From Armatimonadota bacterium (GTDB lineage Bacteria; Bacillota; Desulfotomaculia; Desulfotomaculales; Nap2-2B): 64,000 bases of DNA. Made by a program: the position numbers and the translations under genes. A model generated the notes under the pieces. The model searched no databases. It was not told the origin of the DNA and saw only the letters and a list, made by a program, of their open reading frames with translations. Positions 45,216-54,604 of this stretch are shown piece after piece (positions within the stretch are counted from its first letter, which is position 1; the number at the start of each line of letters is the position of its first letter). The stretch is from NCBI GenBank assembly GCA_023511535.1, contig JAIMBK010000004.1:340-64339 (forward strand). The letters are read 5' to 3'.

Positions 45216-46393
45216 TCCATCCCGGCCAAAACTTCGTCATCATTCAAATAACAGGCCGGGTCGGGCGCCCAGTAATCGCCGTAAACGGCTTCGGCGCGCC
45301 CGCGGGAATTGCCGTTGCAGATCTCCAGAAAGCGGCAGGAGGCGCAGCGCCCTTTCAGCAGCCCCTGCCGGTTTCTTAAGGCGGCCAGGAGGGGGTGCGC
45401 AGTGTCCTGCCAGATTTCACTAAATTTACGTTCTCTTATCTTACCAAAAGTATGCTGAAATGTAAACTGATCCGGGTGGACGTTACCCTCCCAATCGATG
45501 GCGGCAATGGCGATGCCGGAGCGGTTGCCGCCGTTCCGGCGCAGCATCCGGTAGGCGCCGGCGGCCCGCTTCCTGTCTTTTTTGGCCAGGTATAAATATA
45601 AATATACCGCATCGGCGTGATTATTTACCGTGAGCACCTCCACATTTTTGCCCCGGCGGCAGAAATCCAGCGTTTTTTCGATAATTAAATCCATCACCCG
45701 GCGGCGCTCCCGGTTGGTAATGTCCTGATCACCCATGGCGCTGCCCCGCCCGGCGTAGGCCAGGTGGTAAAAACAGACCCGTTCAATGCCTTCCCCGTCA
45801 ACCAGGTCAAAGATGGGCTCTAATTCGGTAAGATTATGCTGGTTAATCGTAAAACGCAGGCCGACTTTTTGCCCCACGGCCACACAGTGGCGAATCCCCT
45901 CCAGGGCGGCCGCAAAGGCTCCCGGCCGGCCGCGAAAGGCGTCGTTGTTTTCCCCGGTGCCGTCTAAGCTGATGCCCACGTAACTGACCCCGGTCTCCTT
46001 TATTTTCCGCGCCAGCTCTCGCGTAATGAGCGTACCGTTGGTGGACAGGGTCAGGCGCAGGCCCAGGGATCCGGCGTATTCGGCCAGCGCAAAGAAATCG
46101 GGACGGAGCAGGGGCTCGCCGCCGGAAAGAAGCAGGGCCGGAACGCGAAAAGCGGCCAGGTCGGCAATCAGCTCTTTAGCTTCCCGGGTGGTCAGCTCGT
46201 TGTCCGCCGGCCGGCTGCCGGCCGCGGCGTAACAGTGCCGGCAGCGCAGGTTGCAGGCGCGCGTCATGTTCCAGGCAACCACCGGCCCGTAACCCGCCGC
46301 CGCTCCGGAGCGCCGGGGGTGTGCATTTTCGTTGTACCGCAAGAGATCACCAAAGTTTTGGGAATCGCAGAGCAGTTTCGTTACGCTTAACAT
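45209..46393 (-). CDS. ahbC: Radical SAM enzyme of the NirJ/Ahb family, tentatively AhbC (Fe-coproporphyrin III synthase)
   Basis: The 394-aa ORF has the CNLRCRHC motif, IDWEGNVHPDQF and a C-terminal CASCRFLEICNG. The AhbC versus AhbD assignment is tentative. Confidence 0.55.
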   Translation of the reverse strand: MLSVTKLLCDSQNFGDLLRYNENAHPRRSGAAAGYGPVVAWNMTRACNLRCRHCYAAAGSRPADNELTTREAKELIADLAAFRVPALLLSGGEPLLRPDFFALAEYAGSLGLRLTLSTNGTLITRELARKIKETGVSYVGISLDGTGENNDAFRGRPGAFAAALEGIRHCVAVGQKVGLRFTINQHNLTELEPIFDLVDGEGIERVCFYHLAYAGRGSAMGDQDITNRERRRVMDLIIEKTLDFCRRGKNVEVLTVNNHADAVYLYLYLAKKDRKRAAGAYRMLRRNGGNRSGIAIAAIDWEGNVHPDQFTFQHTFGKIRERKFSEIWQDTAHPLLAALRNRQGLLKGRCASCRFLEICNGNSRGRAEAVYGDYWAPDPACYLNDDEVLAGMED

Positions 46394-46410
46394 TTTTTAT
46401 CCCTCTTGAA

Positions 46411-46476
46411 AGGCACAAAGTAAGTATTTGCTTTTTCTGCCTCAGTTCCCTGGTGCCTTTGCGCCTTTGTGCCTAG
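46411..46476. repeat. Inverted copy plus tandem units of the TGCCTTTG family
   Basis: AGGCACAAAG (46411-20), a T-rich spacer, then TGCCTTTG CGCCTTTG TGCCTAG (46454-76). The outer 10-mers are reverse complements of each other. Confidence 0.8.
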
Positions 46477-46504
46477 AAAAAAGAAGATTTCTCTGGGCCT
46501 TAAA

Positions 46505-48025
46505 TTACCTGCCGAATTTCGCGACAATCGCCTTGACCAATCCTTCAATCGTATATTCCCCGGCCACCGCGTCCACCTGCAGGCCGAATTCTTCCGCCGT
46601 TTGGGCCGTGACCGGCCCGATGCAGGCGATGCCGGCGCCGGTCAGGAGCCGGGGCAAATCCTCCCGGCCGATCAGATCGACAAAGTAACGCACGGTGGAA
46701 GAACTGGTAAACGTGATGATGTGGATGCGCCCCCGGCGCAAATATTCTTTGACCAGATCCCTGCCCCGCCCGTCCATGACTGTGCGGTAGGCCGCCGTTT
46801 CCTCCACGGCAACCCCGGCTTCCGCCAGCGCCTCTTTTAAAAAGGGGCGGGCGATATCCGCCCTGGGCAGCAGGACGCGCCGGCCGGGGTGAATTTTTTC
46901 TTTCAGGCCGGCGGCAACTGCTTCCGCCCGGTATTCCTCCGGCATAAAATCCACCCGCAGGCCGTAATCACGGAGCGCCCGGCGGGTCGCCGGACCGATT
47001 GCCCCGATCTTGATCCCTTTTAATTCGCGGATATCCCGCTCCTTTTGCAAAAGCCTCCGGAAAAAGAATTTCACTCCGTTTACGCTGGTGAAAATCAGCC
47101 AGTCATAAAGTGTAATCTGGTCAATGGCCCGGTCCAGGGGACCGTAGTCGTCCGGGGGGGTGATTTTGATCGCGGGAAATTCCAGCGTCTCGGCGCCCAG
47201 GGAACGCAAGGCGCCGGACAGGCTGCCGGCCTGCTCCGCCGCCCGGGTAACCAGCACGCGGCGGCCGGCCAGGGGCTTGTTTTCCAGCCACTTCAGCCGC
47301 TCCCGCAAAGCCGCCACCTCGCCCACGACAATCACCGCCGGATTGGCGAAACCGGCGCCGGCGGCCCGCTCCGCGATGTCGGCCAGCGTCCCCGTTAAGA
47401 CCTGCTGTTCCGCCCAGGTGCCCCAGCGGATCAGAGCAACCGGGGTGCCGGGGGCGCGTCCGTGTTCGAGCAGGCGGGAAGTGATGGCGGCCAGGTTCGC
47501 CATCCCCATCAGGAAGACCAGGGTGCCCGCCCCGGCGGCAATTTTCTCCCAGGCGAGACGGGAACTTTCTTTGGCTGGATCTTCATTTCCCGTGATGATC
47601 GCCACCGTGGAAGTGTAGTCGCGGTGGGTCACCGGAATTCCCGCGTAGGCCGGCGCGGCAATGGCCGAGGTGACCCCGGGCACCACCTCAAAGGGAACGC
47701 CGCTTTCGGCCAGGGCCTCCGCCTCTTCCCCCCCGCGTCCGAAAACAAATGGATCGCCCCCTTTCAGGCGGACCACGGCCTGCCCCCTTTTTGCCCTTTC
47801 GGCGAGCAGGGAGTTGATTTCCTCCTGGGACAATGTATGACCGTCCGGGCTTTTCCCGGCATAAATTATTTCCGCCCCGGGGCGGGCCAGGGACAGCAAA
47901 GCCGGGTTGACCAGCCGGTCGTAAACCACCACGTCGGCCTTTTCCAGAACTTCCCGGCCCTTTATCGTAAACAGGCCCGGATCACCCGGACCCGCTCCTA
48001 CCAGGTACACTGTTCCTGCCTTCAT
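46505..48025 (-). CDS. cobA-hemD: Bifunctional uroporphyrinogen-III C-methyltransferase / uroporphyrinogen-III synthase
   Basis: The 506-aa ORF has an N-terminal SUMT domain (VYLVGAGPGDPGL) and a C-terminal HemD-like half. Confidence 0.85.
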   Translation of the reverse strand: MKAGTVYLVGAGPGDPGLFTIKGREVLEKADVVVYDRLVNPALLSLARPGAEIIYAGKSPDGHTLSQEEINSLLAERAKRGQAVVRLKGGDPFVFGRGGEEAEALAESGVPFEVVPGVTSAIAAPAYAGIPVTHRDYTSTVAIITGNEDPAKESSRLAWEKIAAGAGTLVFLMGMANLAAITSRLLEHGRAPGTPVALIRWGTWAEQQVLTGTLADIAERAAGAGFANPAVIVVGEVAALRERLKWLENKPLAGRRVLVTRAAEQAGSLSGALRSLGAETLEFPAIKITPPDDYGPLDRAIDQITLYDWLIFTSVNGVKFFFRRLLQKERDIRELKGIKIGAIGPATRRALRDYGLRVDFMPEEYRAEAVAAGLKEKIHPGRRVLLPRADIARPFLKEALAEAGVAVEETAAYRTVMDGRGRDLVKEYLRRGRIHIITFTSSSTVRYFVDLIGREDLPRLLTGAGIACIGPVTAQTAEEFGLQVDAVAGEYTIEGLVKAIVAKFGR

Positions 48026-48066
48026 CCCAATCGTGCTCCTCCGAAAACCCAGATTACCATCATCAT

Positions 48067-48091
48067 AAGTTAAGTGCCTGGCACTTAACTT
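48067..48091. repeat. Perfect 12+12 palindrome AAGTTAAGTGCC-T-GGCACTTAACTT spanning the hemC stop codon
   Basis: Read directly from the sequence. A near-identical copy is at 59330-59358. Confidence 0.85.
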
Positions 48092-49026
48092 AATTCAAAC
48101 TCCTGCCGGACCCGGGTTAAAATTTCGCCGGCCCCCTTCGCCAGCATCCGCCCGGCCAGTTCCTCCCCCAGGGCGGCGGCCTCTTCCGGCGGACCGCTGA
48201 TGCTCTCCCGGAGATAACGCTGCCCGTCCAGGGTAAGCACTACCCCTGTCAGATGAAGACGGCCGTTTTCAATCTGCCCCAGAGCGCCGATGGGCACCTG
48301 GCAGCCTCCTTCCAGCCGGCGTAAAAAAGCCCGCTCGGCGGTTACGGCCGGGCGCGCTTCGGGATCATCCAGCCCCGCCGCCAGCTGCCGGATTTCCTCG
48401 TCCCCTTCCCTGATTTCCACCCCGATCGAACCCTGCCCGACGGCAGGCAGGCAGATGGAAAAGGGAATCTTTTGCGTAATCTCCTTTTCCAGGCCGAGCC
48501 GGCAAATTCCGGCGTACGCCACCACCAGGGCGTCCAACTCCTGTTCCGCCAGCTTGCGCAGGCGGGTGGTCAGGTTTCCGCGGATGTCGACCATTTTTAA
48601 ATCCGGGCGAAAACGCAGCAACTGCGCCTTGCGGCGCAGACTGGAGGTGCCGAGGCATGCCCCCGGCGGCAAATCCTGCAAAGTCAGCCCCCGTTTGGAG
48701 ATCAGCACGTCCCCCGGGTACTCCCGGCGGCAAACCGCCCCGATCACCAGCCCGCCGGGCAGGCGCGTGGGAAGATCCTTCATGCTGTGCACCGCCAGGT
48801 CGCACTCCCCTGCCAGCAGGGCGTTTTCCAGTTCCTTTGTAAACAGGCCCTTGTCCCCGATCCTGGCCAGAGGTACGTTCAGGATATGGTCGCCCCTGGT
48901 TTTCATCCCGGCAATCCGGAAGCGGCGTCCGGGATGCTGCTTTTTGAGCTGCTCAACCACCCATTGGGCCTGCCAGAGGGCCAGCCTGCTCTCCCGGCTG
49001 CCCACCACAATCTCCTTGCGCACCAA
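48085..49026 (-). CDS. hemC: Hydroxymethylbilane synthase (porphobilinogen deaminase)
   Basis: The 313-aa ORF has VGSRESRLALWQA, TRGD and RGNL.TRL. Confidence 0.9.
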   Translation of the reverse strand: MVRKEIVVGSRESRLALWQAQWVVEQLKKQHPGRRFRIAGMKTRGDHILNVPLARIGDKGLFTKELENALLAGECDLAVHSMKDLPTRLPGGLVIGAVCRREYPGDVLISKRGLTLQDLPPGACLGTSSLRRKAQLLRFRPDLKMVDIRGNLTTRLRKLAEQELDALVVAYAGICRLGLEKEITQKIPFSICLPAVGQGSIGVEIREGDEEIRQLAAGLDDPEARPAVTAERAFLRRLEGGCQVPIGALGQIENGRLHLTGVVLTLDGQRYLRESISGPPEEAAALGEELAGRMLAKGAGEILTRVRQEFELS

Positions 49027-49054
49027 TCTTCCTCCGCCGTATTTAATTTACCCC

Positions 49055-50371
49055 CTATCCCCCAATCCCTAATCCCTGTTTTTTAGCCTGTTCTTCGCGC
49101 TTTTCGGACACTTCCAGGTCAAAAAGATTTTGCAAAACCTCAGTATACAGGTGGCCCTCCGCAGTGAGGGCATATTCTTTCAGCCGGGTGATGGGAAGAT
49201 GCAAAAGCTGGTTGACAATTGAATTGGCCAGCGAACCAATCACTTTTTTATCGTGGGCCGAAAGCTCCCCCAGACGGTTCAGCGCCCGCCGCAGCTCATT
49301 TTGCTTGATTTGCTCGGCCCGCTCTTTCAGCGCGGCGATGGTCGGCACCACGGACTGAATCCCCAGCCAGGCCATGAACTGATTCAATTCTTCCTCGATA
49401 ATGCCTTCCGCCGTGACGGCCGCCTGTTTACGCCAGGCCAGGTTTTGATCCACCACGGTTTGCAGGTCGTCGATGTCGTGCAGGGTAATCCCCGGCAGTT
49501 CACCGATCCGCGGGTCAATATCCCGGGGCACGGCGATGTCAATCAGCAGGAGCCGGGCCCCCGGCCGCCTGGCCATGACCTCCGCCACCTGCGGGTAGTG
49601 GACCACGTAATGGGCGGCGGCGGTGCAGCTGATCACAATGTCCGCTTCCAACATGTAGTTGTATAATTGATCAAATTTCACCGCGCGCCCGCCGAATTGC
49701 CGGGCCAGGTTGACGGCCCGCCCGTAAGACCGGTTGGAAACAATCACCCCGGTAACGCCGTTGGCCACCAGGTAGCGGGCGGCCAGCTCACTCATCTTGC
49801 CGGCCCCGATAATCAGCACCGAACGCCCGGCCAGCTCTCCCAGCGCCTGCCTGGCCAGGTCCACCGCGGCGTAGCTGATGGAAACCGCGTTTTGATCGAT
49901 CCCGGTCGCCCGGCGCACCCGCTTGCCCGCCGCAATGGCCTGCTGAAAGAGGGTGTTCAGCACCTTGTTGGTAAAGCCCCGCTGGAAGGCAAACTGGTAG
50001 GCGTCCCGCACCTGGCCCAGGATTTGCGGTTCCCCCAGCAGCATGGAATCCAGCCCGGCGGCTACACGGAAGAGATGCCGGACGGCGTCCTGGAGCGTGT
50101 GCACGTACGTATAATTTTTAATCCCGGCAATGTCGACCCCGGACAGGCTGGAAAGGTGGCCCCGGATCGCGTTTAAACCCTCGTCCAGTTCCCGGGCTGC
50201 CGCGTAAATCTCCGTCCGGTTGCAGGTGAAAAGGATTACGCAACCGGCGACGGCCGGCTCGGCGCTGATCCTGGCCAGCGCCTCCTGCAAAGAATGTTCC
50301 GTAAAAGAAAGGCGCTCGCGCACTTCAACGGGCGCCGTCCGGTGATTGACCCCTACGACAAGGACGAACAT
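49055..50371 (-). CDS. hemA: Glutamyl-tRNA reductase
   Basis: The 438-aa ORF has [15 protein letters not shown] and TCNRTEIY. The last residues (GLGIGG) are encoded by the CCCTAATCCC repeat at 49051-49078. Confidence 0.9.
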   Translation of the reverse strand: MFVLVVGVNHRTAPVEVRERLSFTEHSLQEALARISAEPAVAGCVILFTCNRTEIYAAARELDEGLNAIRGHLSSLSGVDIAGIKNYTYVHTLQDAVRHLFRVAAGLDSMLLGEPQILGQVRDAYQFAFQRGFTNKVLNTLFQQAIAAGKRVRRATGIDQNAVSISYAAVDLARQALGELAGRSVLIIGAGKMSELAARYLVANGVTGVIVSNRSYGRAVNLARQFGGRAVKFDQLYNYMLEADIVISCTAAAHYVVHYPQVAEVMARRPGARLLLIDIAVPRDIDPRIGELPGITLHDIDDLQTVVDQNLAWRKQAAVTAEGIIEEELNQFMAWLGIQSVVPTIAALKERAEQIKQNELRRALNRLGELSAHDKKVIGSLANSIVNQLLHLPITRLKEYALTAEGHLYTEVLQNLFDLEVSEKREEQAKKQGLGIGG

Positions 50372-50990
50372 TATTTATAACCCGCTCCTTTGCCTCCGCC
50401 CAAAGCCCTTTTTGCACGAGCTTCAGCACCTGCTCGTCGACCAGCCCGGCCAAAAGCTCCTGCCTGGCGTGGCCGTCTTCAATTTCCCGCCTTGCCTTTT
50501 CCCGGATCCGGCCCAGCAGTTCGGTCAGTTCCCCGTATTCCGGCCCGTATCTTTTCTCCAGTTCCTCCCGGATTTTCCTGGCCAGCAGGGGGCTTTTTCC
50601 GCCGGTAGAAACGGCAATCTGAAAGGAGCCCCGCGTTACCACCGCCGGCACATAAAAAGTGCAATTTTCCGGGTCGTCGACCACGTTGACCAGCAGGTTG
50701 CGCTCCCGGCAGTCCCGGGCCAGCCGCCGGTTCGTCTCCGGACAGCTGGTCGCCCCGATGGCCAGGAAAACCCCCGCCAGGTCGGCCGGCCGGTATTCCC
50801 CCTGCCGCCAGCAAATCCGCCCCTCTGCAATTAAGCGGTGCAGGCGGGGCGTTACTTCCCTGCTCACCAGTTTAACCTTCGCCCCGCTTCTAAGCAGGGA
50901 AAGCACCTTTCGCTCGGCCACCGCCCCTCCGCCGACGACCAGACAGTTCCGGTTTTCCAGCTTTAGGGCGATAGGATAACAACAAGCCAT
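50325..50990 (-). CDS. sirC: Precorrin-2 dehydrogenase / sirohydrochlorin ferrochelatase (SirC / CysG N-domain type)
   Basis: The 221-aa ORF has the NAD motif [13 protein letters not shown]. It overlaps the hemA start by 47 nt. Confidence 0.75.
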   Translation of the reverse strand: MACCYPIALKLENRNCLVVGGGAVAERKVLSLLRSGAKVKLVSREVTPRLHRLIAEGRICWRQGEYRPADLAGVFLAIGATSCPETNRRLARDCRERNLLVNVVDDPENCTFYVPAVVTRGSFQIAVSTGGKSPLLARKIREELEKRYGPEYGELTELLGRIREKARREIEDGHARQELLAGLVDEQVLKLVQKGLWAEAKERVINNVRPCRRGQSPDGAR

Positions 50991-51006
50991 CAGTCTCCCT
51001 CGAAAA

Positions 51007-51043
51007 CAGGAATTAGGGGTTAGGAATTAGGAATTAGGGTTAG
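51007..51043. repeat. AATTCCTAA-family repeat in inverse orientation
   Basis: The sequence is CAGGAATTAGGGGTTAGGAATTAGGAATTAGGGTTAG. Confidence 0.85.
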
Positions 51044-51109
51044 ACCCTCTTCCTGGATGTGACTGTATGCAGGAACGCAAGTTCCGCAGCTAACTCCTTA
51101 AATATTTCC

Positions 51110-52072
51110 TCAATACCTTCTTGTCTGGATATAATCAGCAACCAGCCTCAGCGTTTCTTTGACCGGTTCCGCGGGCAAAGCGGCCAGCGCCCGTTTGGCC
51201 CGGGCGATAAATCTTTGCCCGACCCGGGCGGCAAAAACGATGCCGCCGCAATCTTTGATTATTTCAATGGCCTCCCCGATTTTTCCGTCGCTTTGCTCCC
51301 GCCCGGAAATCAGCTTAAACAATCGCTCCCGCCGGGGGCTGTGCCGCAGCGCGTAGATGGCCGGCAAAGTAAGAATGCCCTGGCGCAAATCGCTCCCCAC
51401 CGGCTTGCCCAGCAAATCCTGGTCGGCCACCATATCCAGGATGTCGTCTGTAATTTGAAAAGCCATGCCAAGATTGTAACCGTAGCGGCGCAAAGATTCC
51501 GCCACGCCGGACGGAGCCCTGCAGACCGCCGCGCCCAGCTGGCAGCTGGCCGAGATCAGCAGGGCGGTCTTCCGTTTGATGCGGTAGAAATAATCTTTCA
51601 CTGTCTGGTTGAGATCATAACAGGTAACAATTTGCAGCATTTCCCCCTCGCACATCTTGACGCTGGTTTCGGCGAGGACCCGGCTGATCAGCGGCTCTTC
51701 GTACCGGGAAACTAAAATCAACGATTTGGAAAATAAATAATCGCCAATGTGGGTGGACACCTTATTTCCCCACCGGGCCTTGACGGTATCCACCCCCCTG
51801 CGTTTCACGGCCGAATCAACCACGTCGTCGTGAACCAGGGTGGCCATATGGATCAATTCCAGGGCCATGGCCAGAGGCAAAACGCGCTCAAAGGAGTAGT
51901 CGCCGCACCGGCCGCCCAGCAGGCTGAAGGCAGGACGGAGCCTTTTGCCGCCGGCGTTTAACAGGTGGGTGGCTGTTTCGGTAATAAACGGGTCCGGAGC
52001 CTGCAAAACCTTCCTTAACTCCTCTTCTACAACCTTCAGCTCGCTTTTGATTTCTCCGAAAAGCTCCTGCAT
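51110..52072 (-). CDS. Polyprenyl diphosphate synthase (hepta/octaprenyl type)
   Basis: It has two Asp-rich motifs, LVHDDVVD and FQITDDILD. The start was chosen at MQELFGEI. Confidence 0.8.
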   Translation of the reverse strand: MQELFGEIKSELKVVEEELRKVLQAPDPFITETATHLLNAGGKRLRPAFSLLGGRCGDYSFERVLPLAMALELIHMATLVHDDVVDSAVKRRGVDTVKARWGNKVSTHIGDYLFSKSLILVSRYEEPLISRVLAETSVKMCEGEMLQIVTCYDLNQTVKDYFYRIKRKTALLISASCQLGAAVCRAPSGVAESLRRYGYNLGMAFQITDDILDMVADQDLLGKPVGSDLRQGILTLPAIYALRHSPRRERLFKLISGREQSDGKIGEAIEIIKDCGGIVFAARVGQRFIARAKRALAALPAEPVKETLRLVADYIQTRRY

Positions 52073-52305
52073 GCGTTTTTCGCCCCGTCCCCCAACAAGC
52101 GCTCTTACCCACAAAATAGTTCGCCCAAGACACTAAAAAATCCTCCCCCGGACGGGAAGAATCCTGACGAAAAGCAATCTTCCATTAGATTATTACATTT
52201 TAGTGAAAAAATCAATGGCAGCAGATGGTTTTTCTTAACTTGCCAAACTGTTTGGAATGTTATAACATAAGTTAAAAAGTTTACTAACCGGGAGGTTTTA
52301 AGGTA

Positions 52306-52752
52306 ATGCGTTTTTTCCTGTCCTGGGCTGATCTGCAGGTCGGTGACACGGTAACTTTTTACCGCACCTTCACGGATGGAGACGTCGCCAACTTTACCGG
52401 CGTTACGGGCGATTTTAACCCTATCCACGTCGATCCCCAGGCCGCCGCCCTTTGCGGCTTCCGGGAACGGGTGGTACCGGGGCTCCTCACCGGCAGCATG
52501 ATTACCCACGCGGGAGGAACCCTGCTTCCCGAACCTTACCCGGCCACCAGGATGTCCTTCCGTTTCCTGGCCCCCGTCTACATCGGTGAAACCATCTGCG
52601 CCCGGGTCACCGTTGCCGAAAAAGACCCCGAAAAAAATAAACTGACCCTCCGGATGACCTGTACCAACCAGCAGGGCCAGGTGGTTCTGGAAGGGGAAGT
52701 GTCCGGAAAGATCTTTCCCATTTCGCACCGGCGGGAAAACGCCGGCGCCTAG
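52306..52752 (+). CDS. MaoC-like (R)-specific enoyl-CoA hydratase / hot-dog fold dehydratase
   Basis: The 148-aa ORF has FTGVTGDFNPIHVD. A GGGAGG SD precedes the start. Confidence 0.75.
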   Translation: MRFFLSWADLQVGDTVTFYRTFTDGDVANFTGVTGDFNPIHVDPQAAALCGFRERVVPGLLTGSMITHAGGTLLPEPYPATRMSFRFLAPVYIGETICARVTVAEKDPEKNKLTLRMTCTNQQGQVVLEGEVSGKIFPISHRRENAGA

Positions 52753-52766
52753 GCTTTTCGTAATAA

Positions 52767-52795
52767 TTGATTAATCCGGGGTGATGTGCTATAAT
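52767..52795 (+). promoter_or_regulatory. Near-consensus promoter upstream of tRNA-Sec
   Basis: TTGATT (52767-72), a 17-nt spacer and TGCTATAAT (extended -10, TATAAT at 52790-95). This implies a leader of about 64 nt before the tRNA. Confidence 0.65.
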
Positions 52796-52865
52796 ATTTT
52801 CTGGCCCTTAGGCGGTTGGTGCCGGAGGGCCAAATCCAGGAATAATTTTTTGCAAACAAATTTTC

Positions 52866-52963
52866 GGGAGTGGATGGGGCCTGGTGGCCCTCCTGGTCTT
52901 CAAAACCAGCCGCGGGGCGGCGTTCCCGTCCCTGGTGAGTTCGATTCTCACCCGCTCCCGCCA
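52866..52963 (+). tRNA. selC: tRNA-Sec (selenocysteine), anticodon UCA
   Basis: The acceptor stem has 8 bp (GGGAGTGG/CCGCTCCC). The anticodon loop is CTTCAAA. A long GC-rich variable arm is present. T arm TGAG-TTCGATT-CTCA, then GCCA. Confidence 0.9.
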
Positions 52964-52972
52964 CTTTTTCTC

Positions 52973-53882
52973 CTACTTCCCGGCGAAATAAGTGCCGGCC
53001 AGGGCCATGACCCCTCCCGCAACAAGATAAAAACCGGGAATCTCCCCTAAAAATACCGCCGCAATAATTCCGGCGATGACAGGTATAAGGTATAAATACG
53101 CCCCCGCGGTAACGGTGGAAGTGACGGCCAGGGCTTTATTCCAGAGCAGGTAGGCCAGGGCGGACGCCATCAAGCCAAGGTAAATGATGTTGAGGCCAGC
53201 CCGCCAGATTCACGGAGCCAAACTGCGGCGATTCGAAAAGCATGAGGGGGAACAAAAGCAGGGTGCCGATTACCGTTGAATAAGTAAGGACGGTGACCGG
53301 CGGGTAACGGTCCAGCAATTTTTTTAAGGCGATATTATACACGGCCCAGACTACCCCGGTTAACAAAACTAAAAAATCGCCCCATAAACGGGTGGAATTT
53401 ATGGCCAGATCCCGGAAAGAACCGTTGGTGGCCACCAGTAACGAACCGGTAAAAGCAACAATAATCCCGAAAATTTGCTGTCCGGTGATGTTTTCGTGCA
53501 GGATCAGCCAGCTTAAGACGGCCATAAAAACAGGCGCCAGCGAAGCCAGAATGGCCGCGTCCGTGGCCCCCGCATACTTCAGCCCCTGGTTCTGGAGAAA
53601 ATTATACAGAGCAACCCCGGTTAAACCGCAGACACCTACCCGCGGCCAGTCTTCCCTCTTCACCCCCGGCTGGCCGGTTAACCTGAAGTAAAAAACCAAA
53701 ATAATGCCGGCCAGAAAAAACCTCAGAAAGGCAATGGTATTCGGAGGAAGCTGCTGAAGAACAACTTTGATGTTAATAAACGTGCTGGCCCAGATGGTAA
53801 CCGTCAAAAAAAGGACAAAGTGGATGCCCAAACTGGCTTTTGCTTTTGTCCCGGCGGGGGACAGCTGCGTTTTTTGCTCCAA
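52973..53882 (-). pseudogene. EamA/DMT-family transporter interrupted by a 1-nt frameshift
   Basis: ORFs 53136..53882 and 52973..53173 are consecutive halves. The reading ..VNLAGW / LNIIYLGLMASALAYLLWNKAL is restored by removing one base near 53194-53200. This may be an assembly error. Confidence 0.6.
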
Positions 53883-54106
53883 CCGGTTTCACTCCTTACA
53901 AAAAAATTACCCCAGAGGATACGAAAGATACTGAGATTAACCCCTCTGAGAATATAAGGCATAAAGCTAAGCAGGCACGAAGGCGCAAAGCAGAAATACT
54001 TCTAACCCTGATTCTTTTTGCCCGCGTGCCTCAGTGCTTCCAGGTAAATGCTATGGAAGTCGTTAATTTTCATCCTTTGCTGGTGCTGTGTTAGCAGCGT
54101 GAGTGT

Positions 54107-54535
54107 CTAATCCCTGTTACGGACGGGGGACAGCCGAAAAGCCAGGGGGAGGAGTTCAGCCACCCGCCGCTCCAGGTATTCGCCCCGCGAGTTGCCCATC
54201 AAAACCGTTAGCTGGGGGTTAAACTCCGCCAGCACCTGCAGGCAGGCACCGCAGGGAAGACAGTACTCTACCGTGCCGGCCGTAACCGCCAGCGCCGCAA
54301 ATTCCCGCTCCCCTTCGCTGACCGCCTTGAAAAGCGCCACCCGTTCGGCGCAAACGGTCAACCCGAAAGAAGCGTTTTCCACGTTGCAGCCTTTATATGC
54401 CAGTCCGCGGGTGGTCAAGAGCGCCGCCCCGACGCGAAACCCGGAATAGGGCGCGTAAGCCGCTTCCCGGGCGGCGCGGGCCAGGCTAAGCAGCTTTTCC
54501 CCGGGATAATCCATGTTGGGCAGTTTGATCAACAT
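54107..54535 (-). CDS. cdd: Cytidine deaminase
   Basis: The 142-aa ORF has the zinc motifs CAERVA and PCGACLQ. Confidence 0.85.
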   Translation of the reverse strand: MLIKLPNMDYPGEKLLSLARAAREAAYAPYSGFRVGAALLTTRGLAYKGCNVENASFGLTVCAERVALFKAVSEGEREFAALAVTAGTVEYCLPCGACLQVLAEFNPQLTVLMGNSRGEYLERRVAELLPLAFRLSPVRNRD

Positions 54536-54604
54536 AAATCGATCACCCCCTCGACAATGGGGCAGTCAATTTAAAAAGGCATAAAGTAAAAAATTTCCGT
54601 CATA

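Noticed and set aside
50325-50371. 47-nt overlap between sirC and hemA as a possible sign of a frameshift or gene fusion
   Set aside because: The hemA N-terminus ([19 protein letters not shown]) is canonical. The sirC tail simply runs on until the first stop. Overlaps of this size occur in compact operons.
52105-52728. 207-aa minus-strand ORF overlapping the MaoC gene
   Set aside because: It is antisense to a MaoC ORF that has a canonical hot-dog motif and a strong SD. Its composition is typical of a shadow ORF.
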